Assembly (NCBI GenBank): GCA_963664305.2 | Contig: CAXXLV010000001.1 | Span: 800,001-864,000, forward strand | Reading direction: 5' to 3' | DNA: 64,000 nt | Source of the DNA: an uncultured Aliarcobacter sp. | Lineage (GTDB): Bacteria > Campylobacterota > Campylobacteria > Campylobacterales > Arcobacteraceae | Shown: positions 20,675-29,691 of the stretch, piece by piece | Layout of the letters: each line of letters opens with the position of its first letter | Position numbering within the stretch: the first letter of the stretch is position 1 | The notes under the pieces: generated by a model | Database searches by the model: none | Seen by the model: only the letters and a program-made list of their open reading frames with translations | What the model was told of the DNA's origin: nothing | Made by a program: the position numbers and the translations under genes

Positions 20675-21742
20675 ATGAAAAAAATCTTTGTTAAATTATC
20701 CTTTTTATTTGTTTGTTCAAGTTTAATTACTTTAGCACAAGCAGATGATAAAGTATATAAATTAACAATGGCAACTACATGGACTGAAACTACTTCACCT
20801 TTGTATGACACTGCTGAAAATATGGCTAAATTAGCTCATTCTATGTCTAATGGTAGACTTGAAATTAGAATTGATAGTGCAAATAAACACAAATCACCTT
20901 TTGGTGTTTTAGATATGGTTAAAGGTGGTCAATATGATATGGCACACACAACATCATATTATTGGAAAGGAAAAGATATAAATACTTTACCTTTTACATC
21001 AATGCCATTTGGTCTAACTTCACCTGAGCAATATGCATGGTTTTACTACGGTGGTGGTTTAGAATTAATGCAAAAAGTTTATTCTAAACATGGACTATAT
21101 TCTTTCCCTGGTGGAAGTACAGGTGTTCAAATGGGGGGATGGTTTAGAAAAGAGATCAACTCTCTTGATGACTTGAAAGGTCTAAAAATGAGAATCCCAG
21201 GTTTTGCTGGTGAGATTATGGCAAAACTTGGTGTTCAAGTTACAAATAATGCTCCAGGAGAACTTTATACTTCATTAGAAAGAAATACAATTGATGCATT
21301 AGAATGGGTTGGTCCATCGATGGATATTAGTATGGGATTCCATAAAATTGCTCCTTATTATTATACTGGTTGGCATGAACCTGCATCTGAAATGCAATAT
21401 ATTATTAACATAAAAAAGTTTGAAAAATTACCTGCAGATTTAAAAGAGATTTTAATTGTTGCTATGAGAGTAAGTGCATATGATATGTATATTCAAAATT
21501 ACGATATGAATGCAAATGCATGGCAAAAAATGAAAAATGAGTATCCTAATATCAAGGTAAAAACTTTTCCAAAACCTGTAATGGATGCAATGAAAAAAGC
21601 GAATCTTGAATTAAGAACTGAAATGTCAAAAGATAATCCATTATTAAAAGAAGTTTTGGATTCACAAGATGCATATATGAAAAAAGTTAGAGAATGGACT
21701 AAAATGTCAGATTATCTATACTTAAAAGATAATTTAGAATAG
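20675..21742 (+). CDS. dctP: Stand-alone TRAP substrate-binding protein, paralog of 3514..4578
   Basis: Long identical stretches shared with the first DctP. Confidence 0.9.
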   Translation: MKKIFVKLSFLFVCSSLITLAQADDKVYKLTMATTWTETTSPLYDTAENMAKLAHSMSNGRLEIRIDSANKHKSPFGVLDMVKGGQYDMAHTTSYYWKGKDINTLPFTSMPFGLTSPEQYAWFYYGGGLELMQKVYSKHGLYSFPGGSTGVQMGGWFRKEINSLDDLKGLKMRIPGFAGEIMAKLGVQVTNNAPGELYTSLERNTIDALEWVGPSMDISMGFHKIAPYYYTGWHEPASEMQYIINIKKFEKLPADLKEILIVAMRVSAYDMYIQNYDMNANAWQKMKNEYPNIKVKTFPKPVMDAMKKANLELRTEMSKDNPLLKEVLDSQDAYMKKVREWTKMSDYLYLKDNLE

Positions 21743-21760
21743 AGATTTCCTCTATTCTAA
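21734..21760. terminator. Bidirectional terminator overlapping both stop codons
   Basis: TTAGAATAGAG-ATTTC-CTCTATTCTAA. Confidence 0.7.
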
Positions 21761-22488
21761 AATCCATTCGGATTAAATCCTCCTCCAAAATCATCATTAA
21801 AATCAAAAGAAAAATTCTGAAAGTTAGGATTTGAATAACCTTTTTGTACAGATATATTTTGTAATTGCATTATATCTGCTTTTGGGTCAATTCCTTGAGG
21901 ACAAACCAATGTACAAGCACTACATAATGTACAATCCCAAATTCCATCAGTTTGTATATTTGAAATAATATTATCGTTAGATTCTAATCTCTCATCATTT
22001 ACATATCTTAATGCCCTACTCAATGCAAATGGGCCAATGAAACTATCTTTTACATCATAAACTGGACAAGAACTAAAACATGAATTACATAAAATACAAT
22101 TACTTTGTAAATCTATTTTATCTATATTTTCTTGCTTTATTTCTTTATTAGAATTTTTATCTATAAAGCTTTTTGTTTTGTTGATTAGTAATGTTTCATG
22201 TGAAACATTTACTACTAAATCCTTTATTACTTCAATATTCTTTAATGGTTCAATTAAATCATCTTCTTTAATAAAGACTTTACATGCTAATTTTTCTATA
22301 CCATTAACTTTTACTGCACATGAACCACAAACTCCACTTTTGCATCCACATCTAAAAGATAAAGTTGAATCAATATCTTCTTTTATCTCAATTAGTGCTT
22401 TTAGTAAATTTGTATTATTAACTTCATAAGTTTTAATATTTGAATCAACAGATATTTCTGGATTAAATCTTTTAATTCTAATTTTCAT
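21757..22488 (-). CDS. Succinate dehydrogenase/fumarate reductase Fe-S subunit
   Basis: CKSGVCGSC, CILCNSCFSSCP, CTLCSACTLVCP; start placed at ATG 22488 (MKIRIKRF). Confidence 0.88.
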   Translation of the reverse strand: MKIRIKRFNPEISVDSNIKTYEVNNTNLLKALIEIKEDIDSTLSFRCGCKSGVCGSCAVKVNGIEKLACKVFIKEDDLIEPLKNIEVIKDLVVNVSHETLLINKTKSFIDKNSNKEIKQENIDKIDLQSNCILCNSCFSSCPVYDVKDSFIGPFALSRALRYVNDERLESNDNIISNIQTDGIWDCTLCSACTLVCPQGIDPKADIMQLQNISVQKGYSNPNFQNFSFDFNDDFGGGFNPNGF

Positions 22489-24088
22489 TTTGTGCCTCAA
22501 ATCTAAAAGCTATTTCATTATCTATTAATTGAATTGTTGATGATTTATTATAATCTTCTTTCTTTTCTGGAAAATCTATTCTATAATGCGAACCTCTGCT
22601 TTCTTCTCTAGTAAGAGCACTTATAACAACTAGTTTAGATACCTCTAAAATGTTTTTAAATTCAAGTAAATCTATTAAATTCTTATTGTAAATTTTTGAT
22701 TTATCATCTATACCAAATTTATTTATATTGATAGAAATCTCGTCAATAATATTTACTATTTCATCAAGCTTTTTCTTTTCTTTAAATATCCCTGCATCTT
22801 CAAAAAGTTTATTTGTTAAATACTCTTTAGTTTTGTAGAAATTTATATCACTATTATTTGTAAATATTTCATCAATTTTTGTTTTAGTATTTTTTATTTG
22901 TTTAGAATCACTTTCTTCAAAATCTGCTAAAGTTTTTGCTTTATTTGATGCATATATTCCTATATGTTTACCTAAAGTGATTATTTCAAGTAAAGAGTTT
23001 CCTCCTAATCTATTTGCACCATGTATTGATGCATTTGCACATTCACCAACTGCGTAAAGATTTGTTATATTAGTTTCACCATTGATATTTGTTTTTATAC
23101 CACCCATAGTATAATGGGCTGAAGGTATTATAGGTAAAAGTTCTTCTTCTATTTTTATATTTGAAAACTCAAATGCAAGCTTTCTTTCTTGAGGGATTAA
23201 TTCATTAATTTTATCAAGACCTAGATGTCTTAAATCAAGAAATATATCTTCTTTATTTAGTATTCTTTCATAAATAGCCTTTGTTACTTCATCTCTTGAT
23301 TTTAATTCATCAATAAATCTATTTCCATCTTTATCTACTAAATACGCACCCTCACCTCTAGCACTTTCACTTATTAAAATATTTGAATTGAGTAAAGTTG
23401 TAGGATGAAATTGTACAAATTCCATATTAGAAAGTGTTACACCTGCTTTAAATGCAACAGCAATACCATCTGCACTATTTGAATAAGAATTAGTTGTATT
23501 ATTTGAATAAATACCAGCATATCCACCAGTAGCTAAAATAGTAGTTTTAGCAGATACAGAGATAATATTGCCATTTTTTATATCAAAAAATATTGCACCT
23601 TTACATTGATCGTTTTCTATTATTAAATCTAATAAAAAATGTTCGTTATAAAATTCTATATTCTCTTTTATACATTGATCAAACAATGTATGCATTATTT
23701 TTAAGCCAGTATAATCACTAGAATAACAAGTTCTTAGATATTTTGTTCCACCAAATTTTCTTTGTGAAAATTTGCCATCATCTGTTCGATTAAAAGGAAC
23801 ACCTATTGAATCAAGCCACAAAATTGTATCTTTTGCATTGTTACATAAAAAAGAGATATTGTTTTTATTAGCAAGGAAATGAGCTGCATTATATGTATCG
23901 TTTATATGATTTTCAATTGAATCAAAATCTTCATATAAAACAGTATTTATACCACCTTGAGCTTGTACGGTTTGAGAGTGAGTAGGAAAAGTTTTTGAAA
24001 CAACTAAAACAGTTGAATTGTTCTTTTTTGCATTAAGTGCAGCAGTTAACCCTGCTCCACCTGAACCAATAATTAATACATCAATCAT
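22478..24088 (-). CDS. Succinate dehydrogenase/fumarate reductase flavoprotein subunit
   Basis: GSGGAG, AQGG, QFHPT, RGEG, HYTMGG, HGANRLGGNSL, REESRGSHYR; start placed at ATG 24088. Confidence 0.88.
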   Translation of the reverse strand: MIDVLIIGSGGAGLTAALNAKKNNSTVLVVSKTFPTHSQTVQAQGGINTVLYEDFDSIENHINDTYNAAHFLANKNNISFLCNNAKDTILWLDSIGVPFNRTDDGKFSQRKFGGTKYLRTCYSSDYTGLKIMHTLFDQCIKENIEFYNEHFLLDLIIENDQCKGAIFFDIKNGNIISVSAKTTILATGGYAGIYSNNTTNSYSNSADGIAVAFKAGVTLSNMEFVQFHPTTLLNSNILISESARGEGAYLVDKDGNRFIDELKSRDEVTKAIYERILNKEDIFLDLRHLGLDKINELIPQERKLAFEFSNIKIEEELLPIIPSAHYTMGGIKTNINGETNITNLYAVGECANASIHGANRLGGNSLLEIITLGKHIGIYASNKAKTLADFEESDSKQIKNTKTKIDEIFTNNSDINFYKTKEYLTNKLFEDAGIFKEKKKLDEIVNIIDEISININKFGIDDKSKIYNKNLIDLLEFKNILEVSKLVVISALTREESRGSHYRIDFPEKKEDYNKSSTIQLIDNEIAFRFEAQNEN

Positions 24089-24090
24089 TT

Positions 24091-24465
24091 TTAATCCCAA
24101 AATTCTTTTAATGGCTCAGTTGTTTTAGAACTACTGTTTATTTCTAATTCTAATTTTTCTATGTCATCTAACACTATGCTAAAATCATTTTCTACTCTTT
24201 TGTCTTCTTCTTGAAATTCTTTTTTAACAATTTCATTTTCACTCTTTTCTTTAAGAGTACTACTTTTCTCTTTCAATTTTAAATAATCATTCATGATTTT
24301 TTCATATTCATTAAAATCTAACAATATTATTCCAGGTTTTCCATCTCTTAATACTATTGCTTTTTCTATCTCTTTTTTATTTAATTTATCAAAGATATTC
24401 TTACTTTTTCTTACTAATTCAGTAGAAGAAAACATCTCTTTAGATGTATATTGTAATAGTGGCAT
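24091..24465 (-). CDS. Phd/YefM antitoxin-like protein
   Basis: SSTELVRKSKNIFDKL...AIVLRDGKPGIILLDFNEYE matches the Phd/YefM pattern; acidic C-terminal tail. Confidence 0.65.
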   Translation of the reverse strand: MPLLQYTSKEMFSSTELVRKSKNIFDKLNKKEIEKAIVLRDGKPGIILLDFNEYEKIMNDYLKLKEKSSTLKEKSENEIVKKEFQEEDKRVENDFSIVLDDIEKLELEINSSSKTTEPLKEFWD

Positions 24466-24754
24466 TCTAATCCTTTTACGTATTATAATATGTATTATAA
24501 CACATCTTTTAATAACTTTATTTATTAAAAATTTATAAATATTATAAAAAATTGTACAAAAAATATATAAGATAAATATCTATAATAAGGCAATTTATAA
24601 AAATGTAGAATATTTATAATAAGTAATATAATGATAATCTTGATAAATTAAGAACTAAAAAATTGATATGATTTTTCAATAAATATGTGAACTAATTTTT
24701 GAGTTTAAAATAGAGTGAAAATTTGATTTAAATGATGAATTATATAAAGCGTTT

Positions 24755-24788
24755 AAAACAACTAGAATCAATATATTCTAGTTGTTTT
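24755..24788 (-). terminator. Intrinsic terminator after the phoH-like gene
   Basis: AAAACAACTAGAAT-caatat-ATTCTAGTTGTTTT. Confidence 0.7.
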
Positions 24789-26195
24789 TTATTTTGAGAA
24801 GATTTGTTCAGCCCACTCTGTTATCGGTCCTCTAAGAACTTTTTGTAATTTAATTGCGAATATATTTACAATATTATCTTCGTTTTTAGTTGATTTAAGT
24901 AAGGTAGTTAATGCATTTGTATATTTATTTACATAGAAATTATCAATTTGTTTATTTGAACCTAAAATTACAACTTTACAACTACTATCAATTCTTGATA
25001 ATACCATTTGCATTGTTTTATTTGACATATTTTGTGCTTCGTCAATTATTATAAAAGAATTTGATAGTGTTCGTCCTCTCATTTCCCCTACCCACATAGT
25101 TTCAATTCCATAGTTACTTATCATCTGTTCAATTCTTTCAGTAACTTCTCTATCATCTAATTCAGATATCACAGTATCAGGATTTTTTTTACTTCTTTTT
25201 CTTTTATGTTCACTTCTAATAATATAATCAAGACTATCCATTAAAGGATGATTATATATTTTAAATTTTTCTTCTAAGCCTGGAAGATATCCAACATCTT
25301 CACCTTTATCTAAAGATTCAATAGAATTTCTGATGTAGATGATTTTTTGAAAGAATTTTTGACGTACTAGTTTTAATGCTCCACTTAATGCTAAAAGAGT
25401 TTTTCCTGAACCAGCTTTTGCTTCAACAATTAGAACATTGTAAAAATGACTTAAGATTGCATCACTAAAGAATAATTGCTCTTTGTTTAAAGGTGTAATT
25501 ACTTGATCTCTAATTTCTACTTCATCAAGTAATTTGATTCTTTTATTTTGAATATTTGCTAATAAAACTTGATCAGATGATTTAACTTTAAAACAGTATG
25601 AGAAATTATAAGGTTTGTATTCAGTGTCGTATTTATCAATATTTTGATTGTCAATAAATTCTAAATCATTAAAATCAATATCAATTTCTCTAATAAAATC
25701 AAAATCAAATACATCTTTATCTTTACCAACTAATGCATCAGTTTTTATATCAAGAGATATAGCTCTAGTTCTTGCCATAATATCTAAAGATAAAAATTCA
25801 ACTTGATTTTTATAATAACTATTTGCAAATGTTGCTATTTCTAAGATTTTTCTATCATTTATAATGTTTAAAGATATGTTTTTGATATTAACTTCATATT
25901 CATCTTTTGAGATGATATCAATGATAGTGTTCTTTTCATTTTCTATTTTAACTCTAATTATTTTATACGAATCTTTTTTTATGCTATTGATAATTGATGA
26001 GTTTTCTAATATTCTTGCAAATTCCCTAGCTTGAAAATTTATTTCATCAAAACCACTCTTTTTTGTATCAATTTCATCAAGAACTGTTTCAGGAAGAATT
26101 ATTAAGTTTCTGCCCTCTTGTGAAAGTTTATAGACATTTGAAGCATCTTCAAGAAGGATATTTGTATCTAATACATAGTATTTATCAAAATTCAT
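24789..26195 (-). CDS. PIN-PhoH fusion protein (PhoH2/YlaK-like)
   Basis: N-terminal PIN (VLDTNILL, NDRKIL), P-loop AGSGKT, GYLPG, RGRTL, DEAQN. Confidence 0.9.
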   Translation of the reverse strand: MNFDKYYVLDTNILLEDASNVYKLSQEGRNLIILPETVLDEIDTKKSGFDEINFQAREFARILENSSIINSIKKDSYKIIRVKIENEKNTIIDIISKDEYEVNIKNISLNIINDRKILEIATFANSYYKNQVEFLSLDIMARTRAISLDIKTDALVGKDKDVFDFDFIREIDIDFNDLEFIDNQNIDKYDTEYKPYNFSYCFKVKSSDQVLLANIQNKRIKLLDEVEIRDQVITPLNKEQLFFSDAILSHFYNVLIVEAKAGSGKTLLALSGALKLVRQKFFQKIIYIRNSIESLDKGEDVGYLPGLEEKFKIYNHPLMDSLDYIIRSEHKRKRSKKNPDTVISELDDREVTERIEQMISNYGIETMWVGEMRGRTLSNSFIIIDEAQNMSNKTMQMVLSRIDSSCKVVILGSNKQIDNFYVNKYTNALTTLLKSTKNEDNIVNIFAIKLQKVLRGPITEWAEQIFSK

Positions 26196-26713
26196 TATTT
26201 AGCCTTTTTAGGTTTCATTATTACATAAGAAATATATGCAAATAGTATAACAATAATTGATGTAAATAAGATAGAAAAAGATTTTGTAATTACATATCCC
26301 ACAATTAGAATTGATAACATTGTTGGCATTTCATTGTACATTCTAAAAAATTTACCACTTTTTTGACATGTGTCATTTTCTAATTCTTTTCTATATTTAT
26401 TTAATGATAAAGAATAAGTAATCAATAAAACTAAAGTTATCAGTTTTGCTAACATCCAAGGATTTTGAGTAAAATCTAATAAAATAGGATTTAATGCAAG
26501 CATTGTAATACCACTAAAAATAGTAGCCCACATCGCAGGAGCACCAATATATTTATAAATCTTGTACTCTTGAATTTTAACTACTTCTACAAACTCTTTT
26601 TTTTCTATATTTTCTACGTGATATACAAAAAGTCTTGGTAAATAAAACAGCATCGCCATCCATGACATAAAAGCAACAACGTGAAAAGTTAAAACCCAAG
26701 TGTAGTATTCCAT
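26195..26713 (-). CDS. hemJ: Protoporphyrinogen oxidase HemJ
   Basis: WMAMLFYLPRLFVYH and RMYNEMPT. Confidence 0.92.
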   Translation of the reverse strand: MEYYTWVLTFHVVAFMSWMAMLFYLPRLFVYHVENIEKKEFVEVVKIQEYKIYKYIGAPAMWATIFSGITMLALNPILLDFTQNPWMLAKLITLVLLITYSLSLNKYRKELENDTCQKSGKFFRMYNEMPTMLSILIVGYVITKSFSILFTSIIVILFAYISYVIMKPKKAK

Positions 26714-26716
26714 TCT

Positions 26717-27913
26717 TTAATCCTCTTTTTTATTTTTAATTTTATCTAACCAATCATTTAAAGTTTTTTCAAAACCTATATTTGAATTGTTATATAAATT
26801 TAGATTTTCTTTTAAATATTCTTGTTCAACATATCCACCAAAATCATGGGGGTATAAATAGCCTATATGTTGTGAATCAAGATGTTTTGGTATATCAAGT
26901 ATCTTTCCATCTTTTATTTGTTGTAGGGCTTTATTTACAGCTTTATATGCACTATTTGATTTAGGACTTGATGCAAGATATATAACACACTGAGAAAGAA
27001 TGATTCTTGACTCTGGATAACCAATTTTATTACATGCAATCATAGTATTAACTGCAAGATTTAGAGCATTTGGATTTGCATTTCCTATATCTTCACTTGC
27101 AAAGATTACTAATCTTCTTGTAATAAAATCTACACTTTCTCCACCATTTATTAATCTACTCATATAATATAAAGCTGCATCAATATTTGTACCTCTTAAT
27201 GACTTAATCATAGCACTTGCTAAATCATAATGAGTATCAGAAGATGAAACTCCATCCCCTATTACATTTTCCCTTAACTCTTTTAATAAAGTTAAGTCTA
27301 TATCTTTTGATACTTTATATGCAAAATTTAGAAGTGTAAGCATAGCTCTTGCATCACCAGAACTAGATGTTATCAAATACTCTTTTGCTTCATTTGTAAG
27401 AGTTATATCAATATCTTTTAAAGCAATATAAAGAATCTTATTCATTTCTTCTTTTGTAAAAGCTTTAAATTCATAAAGAAAAGCTCTTGAACGAATTGCA
27501 GATGTTAGTGTAAAAAAAGGATTTTCTGTACTTGCTCCAATAATAATTGCATCATAATTTTCCATTATAGGGAGTAAAACTTCTTGTTGATTTTTTGATA
27601 ATCTATGTACTTCATCAATAAAAATAAGAGGTTTAATTAAACTTCCTTTATATTTATCAAATATTTTTCGCAAATCTTCTACTTTGATACTTGTTGCATT
27701 AAAATAGTAATAATCTGTATTTATTTCACGAGCTATTATTTTGGCTAAAGTAGTTTTTCCAGTTCCTGGTTTTCCATAAAAAAATAGATGAGGAATCTCT
27801 TTTTGTTTGATTAGTTTATATAGTGCTTTTTCTTTGCCAATAATGTGAGATTGACCAACAAATGTATCTAAACTTGTTGGTCTTAATTTATTAGATAGAT
27901 CTATCATCTTCAT
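26717..27913 (-). CDS. rarA: Replication-associated recombination protein A (AAA+)
   Basis: LRP...VGQSH, GKPGTGKT, DEVHR, ASEDIGNA. Confidence 0.92.
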   Translation of the reverse strand: MKMIDLSNKLRPTSLDTFVGQSHIIGKEKALYKLIKQKEIPHLFFYGKPGTGKTTLAKIIAREINTDYYYFNATSIKVEDLRKIFDKYKGSLIKPLIFIDEVHRLSKNQQEVLLPIMENYDAIIIGASTENPFFTLTSAIRSRAFLYEFKAFTKEEMNKILYIALKDIDITLTNEAKEYLITSSSGDARAMLTLLNFAYKVSKDIDLTLLKELRENVIGDGVSSSDTHYDLASAMIKSLRGTNIDAALYYMSRLINGGESVDFITRRLVIFASEDIGNANPNALNLAVNTMIACNKIGYPESRIILSQCVIYLASSPKSNSAYKAVNKALQQIKDGKILDIPKHLDSQHIGYLYPHDFGGYVEQEYLKENLNLYNNSNIGFEKTLNDWLDKIKNKKED

Positions 27914-28718
27914 TCATAAAGATTCTTAGATTTTTGTACTCTTCTTTTGTTAAAAATCTTGATTTTCCAGTTGGTAGATTATTTAAAGAGATTCCACCAT
28001 ACTCTAATCTTTTTAAATCAAGTACATCAAGACCAAAGTGAGCGAAAAATCTTCTTAATTCTCTATTTTTCCCCTCAGAAATCACAACTTTAATTTTAGA
28101 GTATTTTTCTCCATTAGTTTGAATATCATAAGCTAAAAAAGGTGCAAAAGACATAGATTTTATTTTACTATTTTTATGTGCACCTGTTCTTGCATCTTCA
28201 ATTGTAATTCCATTTTGCATAGCTTCTTCAACTGATTTAGATATTACACCATTAACTTTGATTTTATAAACTCTTTCTAAATCAGAGTGCATTAAAGCAT
28301 CAACAACTTCAACATTATCAGATAATAGTAATAATCCTTCACTTGCGTAGTCAAGTCTTCCTACACTTAAAAAATGTTTATATTTTTTTTCAAGTGAATC
28401 ATAGATTGTTTTTCTTCCTTGAGGGTCTTTTTTTGAAACTATTTCACCCTTTGGTTTGTTATAAACAATCACAGTATAAATTTTATTTTTATCTTCTTTG
28501 ATATTCTTTTTACCAATCTGTACTTCATCTTTTGATGAAACTTTTGTTGCAAGATTAGTAACAACTTTACCATTTATTTTTACTCTACCCTCTTCTATAA
28601 GCTTGTCAGCTTCTCTTCTTGAGTAGTTACTGTTATGTGATAAAAATTTATTTAATCTAACTAATTCCTCTTTTATTTCTTCTTTTTTATTTTTAGAAGA
28701 TGTTTCGTTTTTTTTCAT
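27891..28718 (-). CDS. rluB: rRNA pseudouridine synthase (RsuA/RluB family)
   Basis: S4 domain (SRREAD), GRLD, EGKNRELRR. Confidence 0.85.
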   Translation of the reverse strand: MKKNETSSKNKKEEIKEELVRLNKFLSHNSNYSRREADKLIEEGRVKINGKVVTNLATKVSSKDEVQIGKKNIKEDKNKIYTVIVYNKPKGEIVSKKDPQGRKTIYDSLEKKYKHFLSVGRLDYASEGLLLLSDNVEVVDALMHSDLERVYKIKVNGVISKSVEEAMQNGITIEDARTGAHKNSKIKSMSFAPFLAYDIQTNGEKYSKIKVVISEGKNRELRRFFAHFGLDVLDLKRLEYGGISLNNLPTGKSRFLTKEEYKNLRIFMNEDDRSI

Positions 28719-29680
28719 TATTTTATTCCAGCTTCAATTAAATCGTGAATATGTAAAACTCCAACTAATTTATCATTCTCATCAGTAACAATTAATAGTT
28801 GTATCTTATAATTTTCTATTACTTGTAAAGCATCACTAGCTAAAAGTTCTTTATTTTTTAAAGTTTTTGGATTTAATGTTGCAATTTCTTCAACTTTACA
28901 TTCTAAAGAGAATTTCTCATTCATTAATGCTCTTCTTAAATCTCCATCACTTAACAGTCCAAATACTTTGTTGTCTTTATCTGTAATTATAACGCTACCA
29001 AGTCTTCCTTCACTCATTATTAAAATAGCGTCTTTAAGTCGAGTTTCACGTGAAACGACAGGAAGATTCTCTTTTCTTAGTAAGTCATCAACTTTAATAA
29101 ACAGTTTTTTACCTAAACTTCCACCTGGATGGAATGAAGCAAAATCTTCTTTTTTAAAATCTCTTTTTTTCATCAAACAAACTGCTAGTGCATCACCCAT
29201 AGCCATTGTTAAAGTAGTAGATGATGTTGGTGCAGTATCAAGAGGACAAGCCTCTTTCTCAACATAAATATTGATAAATACATCTGAATATTTAGCTAAT
29301 GTAGAGTTTTCACTTCTTGCCATACCAATAAGAGGAATGTTTAATCTTTTTAAATGAGGTAAAATTTGTACTAATTCTTCACTTTCGCCACTATATGAAA
29401 TACCAAGAACAATATCATCTTTACCAATCATTCCTAAATCGCCATGCATAGCTTCTGTAGGATGTAAAAAGAATGAGCTAGTTCCTGTACTTGCTAATGT
29501 TGCAGCAATTTTAGTACCTACAAGTCCAGATTTACCAACACCAGAAATGATTAATTTCCCTTTGCAATTGATGATTAAATCAATTGCTTTTTCAATATCA
29601 AAAGATATGTTTTGTGCAGCTCTTTCTAATTCATTTGCTTCAGTTAATAAAACATCCCTAACAATTTGTTTGAAATCCAT
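28718..29680 (-). CDS. kdsD: Arabinose-5-phosphate isomerase (KpsF/GutQ, SIS plus CBS domains)
   Basis: GVGKSG, EAMHGDLG, APTSST, FHPGGSLG. Confidence 0.92.
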   Translation of the reverse strand: MDFKQIVRDVLLTEANELERAAQNISFDIEKAIDLIINCKGKLIISGVGKSGLVGTKIAATLASTGTSSFFLHPTEAMHGDLGMIGKDDIVLGISYSGESEELVQILPHLKRLNIPLIGMARSENSTLAKYSDVFINIYVEKEACPLDTAPTSSTTLTMAMGDALAVCLMKKRDFKKEDFASFHPGGSLGKKLFIKVDDLLRKENLPVVSRETRLKDAILIMSEGRLGSVIITDKDNKVFGLLSDGDLRRALMNEKFSLECKVEEIATLNPKTLKNKELLASDALQVIENYKIQLLIVTDENDKLVGVLHIHDLIEAGIK

Positions 29681-29691
29681 ATAACTATTCC

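Noticed and set aside
24666..24688. ATATGATTTTTCAATAAATATGT, similar to 4633-4658
   Set aside because: Lacks the 11-bp TCAT repeat and -10 geometry; similarity in such AT-rich DNA may be chance
24091..26195. Phd-like gene plus PIN-PhoH as a toxin-antitoxin pair
   Set aside because: Separated by a terminator and ~320 bp, in the wrong order, and each belongs to a different operon
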